A stretch of DNA of 64,000 nt from an uncultured bacterium (GCA_963822585.1 CAWGIE010000026.1:64001-128000); one strand, 5' to 3'. Counted from the stretch's first letter, positions 39,743 through 49,357 are shown. A program made the numbers and translations. The notes: generated by a model not told the origin, from the letters alone.

Positions 39743-41259
39743 ATTCTCCTTGGGTTATCGTTAATCAGACGTTTAAGGATGGGGGCAAAAAAGAGAAATA
39801 TAATCCCCACTCCGACCGCGATCCACCCGATTATTTCGAAAACATGGGAAAAAGGCAAATCGGTTAACCGGGGAGCGTTGGAACCGGAGGGAAGGGCTGT
39901 CCATTCGGAGATGAATCCGGCCAGCGCGTTGGCCAGCGCGGTGGCAAAGAACCAAACCCCCATCATCATCCCCACCAGTTTCTTGGGCGAAAGCCTGGTT
40001 ATCATGGAAAGACCTACCGGCGAGAGAAATAGTTCTCCCATGGTCTGAAGAAAATAGCTTAAAACCACCCACCAGAGGTTGATCTTTCCGGCCGGGTCGT
40101 CAAACCCGATTGCCCAGGGGAGAATCGCGAATCCCAGCCCCATCAAGATCGTCCCCAGAGCGAACTTGGCGGGGACGGAAGGATTCCAGCCATGCCGGTT
40201 CAGGCGAAGCCACAGCCGGGACATAAAAGGCGCCAGGAGAATGATGAAGAAAGGATTGATCGATTGAAACATGACCGTGGGAATGGTCCATCCCCCTTCA
40301 TTTCTTCCCACGTTGAACTCGGTAAAGATGGTTAACGACATCGCTCCCTGCTGATACAGCGCCCAGAATACAATGGAGAATATAATGAGAATATGAACGG
40401 CGATCAGCCGATCCCTTCGGATATCCCGGTAAGAGAAAGACCGGCTGAAGGAATAGGCCAGAAAAAGCCCTCCAATGACAAGAAGGAGAATGGTGGCCAG
40501 GCCGGTATTCCGGAGCAGTTCCGCGAAGAGATATATTGAGCCCAGAATTCCCGCGCCAATAAAAAAATAATTAGCTATGCGCTCGGCCGGCGTTCGGGCT
40601 CTATCGGGCGCTGTGCCCAGTTCGCGATGTTTTCTCAGACCGAAAAAAAAGATCGCCGTCCCGGCCAGGACACCGACGGAAGCCATCAGGAAAGCGAGGT
40701 ACCATCCGAACCGGATAATTATCCAGCCGGTGAGAAGAGGAGGGATAAAAGAACCGACATTGATGCCGGCATAGAAGATGGTGAAACCGCCTTCGCGCCG
40801 GGAATCGTTCTCCCCGTATAATTGTCCCATCAGACCGGAGACATTCGGTTTAAAAAAGCCGTTTCCGACAATTATCGTTCCCAGAGCCAGATGGAATACG
40901 AGTCCCTTCCCGGGAAGACTCAACAGCCCGTAACCGGCTGCCAGCAGAATCCCGCCCAGCAGTACCGACCGCCGGAAACCAAGAAATCGGTCAGCTACCA
41001 GGCCGCCGAAGAGCGGTGACAGATAAACCAGGGCGGCAAAAGCGGCAAAGACGGAATATGCCCTGGTATCGGAGAAGAGGAAGACCTTGGTCATGTAAAG
41101 GACCAGGATCCCCCGCATGGTATAAAATCCGTACCTTTCCCACATCTCGGTCAGAAAGAGAATGACCAGCTGCCGGGGCTGCTTCATCGAACGGGGATTA
41201 TTGGGGGCCGTACCGTCGAGAGGTTTATCGGAAACGGGCTGAAGGACTGGTTTTGTCAT
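39739..41259 (-). CDS. POT-family proton-dependent oligopeptide MFS transporter
   Basis: EMWERYGFY, GNGFFKPN, FYAGINVG, QSINP, GELFLSPVGLS. Confidence 0.93.
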   Translation of the reverse strand: MTKPVLQPVSDKPLDGTAPNNPRSMKQPRQLVILFLTEMWERYGFYTMRGILVLYMTKVFLFSDTRAYSVFAAFAALVYLSPLFGGLVADRFLGFRRSVLLGGILLAAGYGLLSLPGKGLVFHLALGTIIVGNGFFKPNVSGLMGQLYGENDSRREGGFTIFYAGINVGSFIPPLLTGWIIIRFGWYLAFLMASVGVLAGTAIFFFGLRKHRELGTAPDRARTPAERIANYFFIGAGILGSIYLFAELLRNTGLATILLLVIGGLFLAYSFSRSFSYRDIRRDRLIAVHILIIFSIVFWALYQQGAMSLTIFTEFNVGRNEGGWTIPTVMFQSINPFFIILLAPFMSRLWLRLNRHGWNPSVPAKFALGTILMGLGFAILPWAIGFDDPAGKINLWWVVLSYFLQTMGELFLSPVGLSMITRLSPKKLVGMMMGVWFFATALANALAGFISEWTALPSGSNAPRLTDLPFSHVFEIIGWIAVGVGIIFLFFAPILKRLINDNPRRI

Positions 41260-41374
41260 TTTAATCTCCGGTAAACTTTCCGGGTCCCGGCAAGAGGCGC
41301 CGACAATTCTCTTTTGTCAGCAAATTCAAATCAGGATCTTTCCATAACGGGCGGACGTCCTCAATCGCCCGGTC

Positions 41375-41530
41375 CCATTGAAGGTTATGCAACCGTATTC
41401 TTCGGGCAACTCTGGATGTGATTCTGACATAGAATTGGCCAGTTGAACTGCTCTGGAGAATATATAACCATACGGCTTTGTCTTATGGGGTGCAATCATG
41501 CGGTTTCGTCGACCGTCATCCCTCCATAAA
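41375..41530 (-). pseudogene. Truncated GIY-YIG nuclease paralog of 47786-48073
   Basis: Translates ...TP*DKAVWLYILQSSSTGQFYVRITSRVARRIRLHN; DNA and upstream terminator align with 47940-48125. Confidence 0.8.
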
Positions 41531-41532
41531 GC

Positions 41533-41665
41533 AAAAAAGGAGGGCTTCATGCCCTCCTTTTTTACTTACGGGCATGACGGGTGTCCCAAAACGTGGTTAA
41601 TCTGGGATTCCGTGAAGATCACCTTCCGGGCGGTAAGTGACGGGCATAGGAAGATTTTCCCGGTT
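41533..41665 (-). repeat. Terminator plus cassette-boundary element copy 5
   Basis: aaaaaaggagggc hairpin; acgggcatgacgggtgtcccaaaacgtggttaatctgggatt...gacgggcataggaagattttcccggtt. Confidence 0.85.
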
Positions 41666-41680
41666 AAAGGGTAGCATTAC

Positions 41681-44068
41681 CTATCTCGTCACCGGGATGT
41701 CCCGTGCCCCGCCAAAGTAGCAACGGGAGATGCCCCGGATGGCCCACAGCCCGGAGCTTCCCCGGAAGATACCAATATTGTCCACTCCGCTTCCATCATA
41801 GTCAGCCGGGACCGGTGAATCAGCTGAAGAACCGAAATATACCCTCGTTACCTCTCTTATGGCCCAGAGCCCCGATGAACTCCGGAAGATACCGGGGCTC
41901 CAGGCTCCGTTTCCGTCATAATCACCGGGAACAATCTGGTCGCCAAGAGAACCAAAATAAACCCGGCTGATTCCTCGGATAGCCCAGAGTCCCGCCGATC
42001 CGCGGAAGAGGCCTATATCTTTCGTGGAATCGCCATCGTAGTAACCGGGTACCGGAGAATCCCCTAAACTACCGAAGTAAACGCGGGAGATACCCTGGAT
42101 GGCCCACAGACCGGAACTCTTTCGGAAAATCCCGATCTCGTTGGTACCATCGCCATCGTAGTCGCCGGGAACTGCCGTGTCGTCGGAGGAACCGAAGTAA
42201 GACCGGGTTATTTCTTTTACAGCCCACAATCCGGAACTGCTCCGGAAGATGCCGATGTCGGTGGTGGTATCTCCGTCGTAATCTCCGGGAACCGGGAGAT
42301 CTTCGGATGAGCCGAAATATACCCGTGTGAGGTTGCGGATGACCCAGAGCCCGGAATTTTTACGGAAAATGGCGATATCCGAAATCCCGTCCCCGTTATA
42401 GTCGCCAGTATCCATAACCCATCTAATCCAAAGGGCCGTTGGATGATCGGCCCATAATTCCCCTATCGGGGGCCAGCCTGCGGCTTCAGCCGTGCGATAA
42501 ACGGTCAAGTAATCGCAGCGGTAAAATATATAGGTATTAAAAGAACTAGGAATATCACCTTTGAAGTAAACTCCTATCAGGCCGGTGCAATAATAAAAAG
42601 CATGGTCCCCGATACTGGTGACACTGGAGGGGATCGTAACGGTGGTCAGGCCGGTACAATAAGCAAAAGCCCGGTCTCCGATACTGGTGACACTAGAGGG
42701 GATGGTATAGCTTCCCGACTTTCCTCCGGGGAATTGAATAAGTTCAGTCTGAGTCTTATTGAACAATACGCCGTCTAGACTGCTGTAGGCTGTATTAGCG
42801 GCATCCACGGTTATGGCCGTCAGGCCGCTACAATAGCTAAAAGCCCAGTTCCCGATACTGGTGACACTGGAGGGGATCGTAATGTTAAGCAGGCTAACAC
42901 ACTTATAAAATGCACTCTCCCCTATACTGATGACACTATTGCCTATCGTAACGGCGGTCAGGCTGGTGCAATAAGCAAAAGCACAGTCTCCGATACTGAT
43001 GACGCTGGAGGGGATCGTAACGCTGCTCAGGCCGGTGCAATAAGCAAAAGCCCAGTCTCCGATACTGGTGACACTGGAGGGGATGGTATAGCTTCCCGAC
43101 TTTCCTCCGGGAAATTGAATAAGTTTAGTCTGAGTTTTATTGAACAATACGCCGTCCAGACTGCTGTAGGCTGTATTAGCGGCATCCACGGTTATGGCCG
43201 TCAGGCCGTTACAATGACTGAAAGCCCAGTTCCCGATACTGATGACGCTGGAGGGGATGGTGACGCTGGTCAGGCTGTCGCAATAAGTAAAAGCCTCTTC
43301 TCCGATACTGGTGACACTGGAGGGGATGGTGACGCTGGTCAGGCCGGTACAATAAGCAAAAGCCCAGTCCCCGATACTGGTGACACTGGAGGGGATCGTA
43401 ACGCTGGTCAGGCCGGGGCAATCAGCAAAAGCCGAGTCTTCGATACTGGTGACACTGGAGGGGATGGTATAGCTTCCCGACTTTCCTCCGGGGAATTGAA
43501 TAAGTTCAGTCTGAGTTTTATCGAACAATACGCCATCCAGACTGCTGTAGGCTGTATTAGCGGCATCCACTGTTATGGCCGTCAGGCCGGTGCAATTATT
43601 AAAAGCCCAGTCCCCGATGCTGGTGACGCTGGAAGGGATCGTGATGGTGGTCAGGGCGATGCAGTCAGAAAAAGCTATGTCTCCAATAATTGTAACGCTT
43701 GAGGGTATGGTGACGTTGGTCAGGCCGATACAAGAATAAAAAGCTCCGGCTCCGATACTGGTGACGCTGGAGGGGATGGTGACGCTGGTCAGACCGGTGC
43801 AACTCTCAAAAGCACCGATCCCTATACTGGTAGCGCTGGAGGGGATGGTGACGCTGCTCAGGCCGATACAAAAAGCAAAAGCCCAGTTTCCGATATTGGT
43901 GACCGGTAATCCCTCGATCGTATCCGGGATGACCACGTCACCGCCTGGACCGGTGTATCCAGTGATGGTAACCACACCACCCGAGGTCTGATAGGTAAAA
44001 TCTCCAGCTTGCGAATCAACTGCGGTAACTAAAAGGAAACCAAGTGTCATTAAAAAGACTTTCTTCAT
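41681..44068 (-). CDS. BspA-type leucine-rich-repeat surface protein plus FG-GAP-like tail
   Basis: Signal peptide; LTSVTIPSSVTSIG..AF..C repeats; tail ending DIPVTR. Confidence 0.9.
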   Translation of the reverse strand: MKKVFLMTLGFLLVTAVDSQAGDFTYQTSGGVVTITGYTGPGGDVVIPDTIEGLPVTNIGNWAFAFCIGLSSVTIPSSATSIGIGAFESCTGLTSVTIPSSVTSIGAGAFYSCIGLTNVTIPSSVTIIGDIAFSDCIALTTITIPSSVTSIGDWAFNNCTGLTAITVDAANTAYSSLDGVLFDKTQTELIQFPGGKSGSYTIPSSVTSIEDSAFADCPGLTSVTIPSSVTSIGDWAFAYCTGLTSVTIPSSVTSIGEEAFTYCDSLTSVTIPSSVISIGNWAFSHCNGLTAITVDAANTAYSSLDGVLFNKTQTKLIQFPGGKSGSYTIPSSVTSIGDWAFAYCTGLSSVTIPSSVISIGDCAFAYCTSLTAVTIGNSVISIGESAFYKCVSLLNITIPSSVTSIGNWAFSYCSGLTAITVDAANTAYSSLDGVLFNKTQTELIQFPGGKSGSYTIPSSVTSIGDRAFAYCTGLTTVTIPSSVTSIGDHAFYYCTGLIGVYFKGDIPSSFNTYIFYRCDYLTVYRTAEAAGWPPIGELWADHPTALWIRWVMDTGDYNGDGISDIAIFRKNSGLWVIRNLTRVYFGSSEDLPVPGDYDGDTTTDIGIFRSSSGLWAVKEITRSYFGSSDDTAVPGDYDGDGTNEIGIFRKSSGLWAIQGISRVYFGSLGDSPVPGYYDGDSTKDIGLFRGSAGLWAIRGISRVYFGSLGDQIVPGDYDGNGAWSPGIFRSSSGLWAIREVTRVYFGSSADSPVPADYDGSGVDNIGIFRGSSGLWAIRGISRCYFGGARDIPVTR

Positions 44069-44438
44069 TTCCCTTCTCTTGGATCACAAGGAATCAAAAT
44101 ACAAAACCCGCCTGGATATTCGATCCGATGGCAGGCTGTGGGTAAAAAAACGTTGTGGCACCGGATTTTCATTTATCTCAGGTGCTCCAATAGAGATTAT
44201 CGCTAACCGCTCAAATCATAAGCACACTTTTCCGGATAGGGCAAGGATTTTCTGACCGCTCAGGAGATCTGGTTGTTACTCTTAACCGGGGAGATTGCGG
44301 TGATATCGAGATGATCGAGGCAGAGTTGGGCATGTTTCTTACAATCGGGGAGTTGTTGGGGAAAAGATCGGGGATCGGTGTCAGAGAGAATGGTCCCATT
44401 TGATGACGCTCTGAGACACCCGTCATCAAAGTCTGAAA

Positions 44439-44527
44439 ACGGGGACGACGGGTGTCCCAGAGCGTGGCTGATATGGGATGTCTTTACAATCGGTTTCCGG
44501 ACGGTGAGGGATGGGCACCGGAAGATA
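44439..44527 (-). repeat. Cassette-boundary element copy 6 (host-type tRNA end)
   Basis: acggggacgacggg identical to 48114-48127, then tgtcccagagcgtggctgatatgggat...gagggatgggcaccggaagat. Confidence 0.85.
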
Positions 44528-44670
44528 TGTTTGGCTTAACCAATTCACTGCCAATGCATTCGGGGAGTAGCGAAACCATTTTTGGATTGAATTTGACAAT
44601 ATTTTTAAGCTGGAATGGAGGCGTCACCGGGAGGCAAGCGCTATTTATTGCCGAACCGGCCGCGTCATGG

Positions 44671-45594
44671 TTAAATTGATTCACTTTTCCCCTCTTTTCC
44701 CTCCAAAATTTCGAAGAGTTCCATAATTATGATGTTGGTCTTTCCAAATTCGACATGTAATGCATAATAGTTTATCAGTGCTTCCAAGAAACCTTTGTTT
44801 TGACAAGCTACAAATCTTTGAGCTCTTTCAATGATTCCAACGCTGTATTGCAATATAAAGTCTGGAGGGAGAAACATACTTACCGCCCTCTGACCTGCGA
44901 CCAAGAGAGTCTTTCCAGAGATTGGGAAAATGAATTCCTTAAGACAATTGACTGGATCATGATCATTATCACCGCGAGTAATAATCGGATTATCACCTAC
45001 AATGAACCATTTTTTGCCATCTCCAGTATAGAGGAATTGCCAGTCTTCCAGGCTACTCCGCCAGCTCTTATCTTTGAAAAATGGGGCAAATGGAACTATA
45101 ATCTTAGCTGTTTTTTTAAAAGCTGATGAAGTTGTTATTTTTTTTATCATCTCTTTCGGTACTGCATCACCGGTTTTACTTAGAAGTTTGAAGTAATCCA
45201 AGTCAGTTTCTCCACGAAAAAATTCCTCCGATAATTTTTCTACAAGTTCAACATTGCTTGGCAATCTCCAATGAAGGAATAACAAAAAAAGAAAAATGTT
45301 GATTTTGTCCTGAAGTTCAACGGATGTATCAAGAGTAGAGTTTCTAATCCTATTAAACGGACCCCAAGATTGATTCTCTATCTCTGTATAAAGCTCCTCT
45401 AAGAAATCTGAGTTGCTTCCGTCTGGAAGTGAGACTGTATTCAAATTATTTTCAAAGAAAAAAGCATCTGGAGCAGTTGGAAATATTTCACGACTCTGTT
45501 TATCGTAGACAAAGAATCCTCTATCTTCGTCTGTAAATCCCCTCAAATAATGACTGGGGAGATAATGATGCTTTTTAGACCGAACCTTCTTCAT
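44671..45594 (-). CDS. DUF4238-domain protein
   Basis: KHHYLP..YL.GF N-terminus; FIVGDNP; FPIS; markedly AT-rich. Confidence 0.8.
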   Translation of the reverse strand: MKKVRSKKHHYLPSHYLRGFTDEDRGFFVYDKQSREIFPTAPDAFFFENNLNTVSLPDGSNSDFLEELYTEIENQSWGPFNRIRNSTLDTSVELQDKINIFLFLLFLHWRLPSNVELVEKLSEEFFRGETDLDYFKLLSKTGDAVPKEMIKKITTSSAFKKTAKIIVPFAPFFKDKSWRSSLEDWQFLYTGDGKKWFIVGDNPIITRGDNDHDPVNCLKEFIFPISGKTLLVAGQRAVSMFLPPDFILQYSVGIIERAQRFVACQNKGFLEALINYYALHVEFGKTNIIIMELFEILEGKEGKSESI

Positions 45595-45630
45595 GGTTAG
45601 TGGCAATCTGCCAATTCCATATTGAATTTT

Positions 45631-46215
45631 TCATGGTAGGCCATTGGTGATTTTAACTATTCTAGGATCGGGGTGGGTTTTGAGTTTTTTCTTATTGTAG
45701 GTTACGAAGTCGGGATGGGTGGAGAGGCGGTATCGGCCGGATCGGTCGGCTTGAATGAATTTCTCGCCGTCCTTTTCCTTTAAGCTCCCTTCAACTCTCT
45801 CTCTGATGTGGCCATAGCGCTGATATCTCATAGGGTCACTGATGAGGTCTTCATCGAAGAGATCGACAGCGTTGACCCAGCCTCCCTTTCCTTTCTTCAG
45901 CTCTATCACGAAACGTAGGAGTAATGCGAACGGGCTGTCACCTAAATCAAGTTTGTCGCTATTTACGATAATGGAGTTGCTTCTTTTTCGTGGAATTGTT
46001 CCCGGGATGTTGAGCTGATCCTGGCACTTATAGTCGTATTTCTCATAATCGGTGAGCTGGGCGGAGGTGAGGGCACGAACCGGGGTGGGGAGGCCAGCGG
46101 GCGGGCGTTTCTTCAGGGCGGAGAGGTAGGAAATTTTGAAGTCTCGTTTGCCGAAAGAGGCCGGGCAGGTGACCGGGAAGATAGAGGAGGTAGAGAAGTC
46201 GGATATATCCGTCAT
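45631..46215 (-). pseudogene. 5'-truncated hypothetical protein, paralog of 31913-32560
   Basis: Homology starts abruptly at SIFPVT near 46190. Confidence 0.55.
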
Positions 46216-46658
46216 CCTTTTTTCAAGCTTTCCGCGTCTATCAAGTCTTGGGGCCGGCCCGCGGTTTCCTTTGTCCGGATAAGGTCATCCCGGCTGATAA
46301 TCCAAATGGGAATTCCGCCGTAGGTACTCGTTTCACGATTATTCCAGACATCCGAAAATTTTAATCCGGATACCCCCATCATGACATCTATCCGATTGGG
46401 TTCCACTCCTATCTGGTAAATCATTTCCTTATCGGTGAAATCCTTCTCGGTGATATCGGCCAGCGGAGCCCCGAATTTCTCCAAGGCCGCCCATACCTTG
46501 CGGGCGTTTTCCGGGGTAGGTCTCACCCAGATGTCCAGATCCTTGGTGTACCTCGGAGCGGTGTAGTAAATCACGGCGTAAGCCCCGATGATGAGATACT
46601 CAACGCCGTGATCGTTTAATATTTTGAACAGCTCTTTTAAATCCGGGTTTACTCCCAT
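46212..46658 (-). CDS. Nucleotidyltransferase-fold protein (DUF6036-like)
   Basis: YLIIGAYAV, PRYTKDLD, K...GRPQDL.D. Confidence 0.85.
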   Translation of the reverse strand: MGVNPDLKELFKILNDHGVEYLIIGAYAVIYYTAPRYTKDLDIWVRPTPENARKVWAALEKFGAPLADITEKDFTDKEMIYQIGVEPNRIDVMMGVSGLKFSDVWNNRETSTYGGIPIWIISRDDLIRTKETAGRPQDLIDAESLKKG

Positions 46659-46815
46659 CTCCGCCTCTCATCGCCGATAGCTCGGCAAGCATTTCCCAGG
46701 CGGCACTGAATCGTGCCTCGTGTCCCGCCCGAAGCCAAAATTCCCGGTCTATTCCCTTGGTTGACTGCTCACCCAAGCGAACCAGTTTAGCCATCCTGAC
46801 TTTATTCTTCTTCAT
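46600..46815 (-). CDS. Small partner protein of the nucleotidyltransferase (putative TA pair)
   Basis: DREFWL....EARFSAAWEM; overlaps the downstream gene. Confidence 0.65.
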   Translation of the reverse strand: MKKNKVRMAKLVRLGEQSTKGIDREFWLRAGHEARFSAAWEMLAELSAMRGGDGSKPGFKRAVQNIKRSRR

Positions 46816-46936
46816 AAATTCTATTATACCAAAAAAGCAAAAAAGTGAAAGAATTTTAACGGGTATCGGGGACCCTTTTACGGACTTGTGCGCCACCATT
46901 TCTTTCTGAACCGATGGACATCCTTCGATTCCAATA

Positions 46937-47078
46937 GAAAAGCCGGAGAGGATCTTTCCTCTCCGGCCTTTCTACGGGCATGACCCCGCTAAACCGGGGG
47001 AGCGTTGTTAATCTGGGATTATCTGAAGATCTGCTTCCGTCCCATCAGAAACCGTCACCGGACAATTTGCCCGGTTGG
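46937..47078 (-). repeat. Terminator plus cassette-boundary element copy 7
   Basis: gccggagagg hairpin; acgggcatga...ctgggattatctgaagatctgcttccgtcccatcag...caccggacaatttgcccggtt. Confidence 0.85.
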
Positions 47079-47085
47079 CTGAACT

Positions 47086-47265
47086 TCATTCCGCGCCGAG
47101 ATTTTTCAGTATCTTCCTTGCCAATGGCTCTTTAATCTCGGAATGCCGGGGGACCGCTTCCGTTACACCGTTTTTCGGATTGATCCAGAGCGAATGTGAG
47201 CGGCCTTAGCGCTTCAGGTAGCAACCTGCGATCCTCAGCCTGCGCTCGAGGTCACCTCGCTTCAT
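47086..47265 (-). pseudogene. hicA: HicA-family toxin with premature TAA at 47206-47208
   Basis: MKRGDLERRLRIAGCYLKR*GRSHSLWINP...AVPRHSEIKEPLARKI. Confidence 0.85.
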
Positions 47266-47480
47266 CCGATCATCACCTTTTCCTGGATAGTACCCTTTGG
47301 CAGCCCCCGGAGAATGTCCGCTCGACGATCCTCCAGAATTAGTTCAATTGCCTGTTTCAGATTGCTTTTGGTTTCTTCAATGGTTTCGCCCTGTCCATTG
47401 GCTCCAGGCACTTCCGGGCAAATGGCCCAATAACCGCCTTCCGGCGCCGCTTCAATAATTGCCGTGAATTCAGCTTTAAT
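47262..47480 (-). pseudogene. hicB: HicB-family antitoxin with ATT at the start position
   Basis: (I)KAEFTAIIEAAPEGGYWAICPEVPGANGQGETIEE..NL..AI; AAGGGAG RBS upstream. Confidence 0.75.
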
Positions 47481-47640
47481 TGTATCCAGTCTCCCTTAAT
47501 TCCTGATTTGAAATGTACGACACAAGTATAAGTATACCCGGTTTAAGAGTTGTTTCTCAACAAAAAATAGGCAAAAAGATGTGCAGGTCAAAACGCAGGT
47601 CAACATGCTCAGACCTTGCGGTGGGATTTGTATCTCCAAT

Positions 47641-47803
47641 AGAAAGGCCGGAGGGGAATCCCCCTCCGGCCTTTCTACGGGGACGACGGGACCCCGACGG
47701 AGTCGGGGCAACCCGCCTTTGGCGGGCAAGGCTCGAATTTACCCTGACTACGTCAGGGCTTTACCCCGGCTTGAATCATTCTAATTCAAGCCGGGGCCGC
47801 AAC
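47641..47803 (-). pseudogene. tRNA-Asp 3'-half duplicate with four hairpin insertions, plus terminator
   Basis: cggggacgacggga[2 hairpins]ctcgaa[2 hairpins]ccgcaac at 47678-47803; terminator 47641-47675. Confidence 0.85.
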
Positions 47804-48073
47804 TGATCGCGCCCCTTTTTTGGTTTTTAATTCTTTCTCGCGCTTTCGTGCTTCTTGATAGTTTGAATACTGTTCTCTGTAAACTAATCTCCAGGGTCCT
47901 TTGCCTCTAGTTCCCGTACTGAAATTGCGATTATGCTCCCTTATTCTTCTGGCAAGCCTGGTTGTGATTCCAACGTAAAATTGGCCTGTTGAACTGCTCT
48001 GGAGAACATATACCCAAACGGTTTTATGCTGTGGGGCGCGATCATGCGAGTTCATCGCCCGTCCTCCCTCCAT
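47786..48073 (-). CDS. Small GIY-YIG nuclease
   Basis: WVYVLQS...FYVGIT....RRIREHN...T....PW.LVY.E......A..RE..LK. Confidence 0.92.
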   Translation of the reverse strand: MEGGRAMNSHDRAPQHKTVWVYVLQSSSTGQFYVGITTRLARRIREHNRNFSTGTRGKGPWRLVYREQYSNYQEARKREKELKTKKGARSVAAPA

Positions 48074-48079
48074 AAAGTG

Positions 48080-48108
48080 AAAAAGGAGGGCATGACGCCC
48101 TCCTTTTT
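48080..48108 (-). terminator. Terminator downstream of tRNA-Asp
   Basis: aaaaaggagggc-atgac-gccctccttttt. Confidence 0.8.
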
Positions 48109-48114
48109 CGCTTA

Positions 48115-48668
<554 letters not shown>

Positions 48669-48678
48669 GGGAAAACAG

Positions 48679-49233
48679 ATATAAGGGATAAGAGTTAAGG
48701 GATAAGGTAGTTGAACTTCATTAGGGAATCAACCATATTTTTCGGCTGACTCATAAACCATATATCCTGTTTGTCCCTCTGCTATTCGCCTTTGGTTTAA
48801 GGCTTGGATCATTTTAACCAGCATTTTGATCGTTTCGAAGTTATTTTCTTCTATTTGTGAGAGGAGATGCAAATCCAGATGCTTATTAATAATGATTGAA
48901 TCTTTGCAAATCTGGACCCAGTTATCGGTTTCAGTGGCGGAACGGAGAGCTATTTCAAGGTATCTGACGTATTCTTTCCCGCTTCGGCTGTTGCTTCCTT
49001 CCGCTATGTTCGCTCCCACAGATGTAGCAGAGCCGATGATCTGATCGATAATTCTGTTAAGCCCCGGTTTATTAGGTAATGCATCAACCAGCACTATGGT
49101 ATTCAGTGCAACATGATGAGCTTTTTGCCAGACCTTCAAACGCCGATACCCCGGGATATCCGTCATAATCAAACACCTCCAAGTATATATTTCTTCTTAA
49201 CCCTTATCCCTTACCCCTTATCCCTTACCCCTG
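48679..49233. mobile_element. Heptamer inverted-repeat cassette carrying the four-helix-bundle gene
   Basis: ataagggataagagttaagggataagg (left) versus ttaacccttatcccttaccccttatcccttacccc (right). Confidence 0.6.
48729..49172 (-). CDS. Four-helix-bundle protein (23S rRNA IVP-like family)
   Basis: L.VWQKA, DQIIGSATSVGANIAEG, YLEIALRSATET..W. Confidence 0.9.
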   Translation of the reverse strand: MIMTDIPGYRRLKVWQKAHHVALNTIVLVDALPNKPGLNRIIDQIIGSATSVGANIAEGSNSRSGKEYVRYLEIALRSATETDNWVQICKDSIIINKHLDLHLLSQIEENNFETIKMLVKMIQALNQRRIAEGQTGYMVYESAEKYG

Positions 49234-49239
49234 TCTTTA

Positions 49240-49311
49240 TGGGCGCTACTGGATTTGAACCAGTGACATCTACCTTGTAAGGGTAGCGCTCTCCCGCTGA
49301 GCTAAGCGCCC
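49240..49311 (-). tRNA. tRNA-Val(TAC)
   Basis: GGGCGCTTAGCTCAGCGGGAGAGCGCTACCCTTACAAGGTAGATGTCACTGGTTCAAATCCAGTAGCGCCCA. Confidence 0.96.
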
Positions 49312-49328
49312 GGATAATTTTTAACGGG

Positions 49329-49357
49329 AAAGTACCCTCAAACATACCGACCGTCAA
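49329..49357 (-). promoter_or_regulatory. Sigma70-type promoter of the tRNA operon
   Basis: TTGACG-17 bp-TACTTT just upstream of tRNA-Val. Confidence 0.6.

Noticed and set aside
48729..49172. Diversity-generating retroelement (Avd-like helix bundle plus repeated tails)
   Set aside because: No reverse transcriptase, and the FG-GAP-like tails differ at all base types rather than only at adenines.
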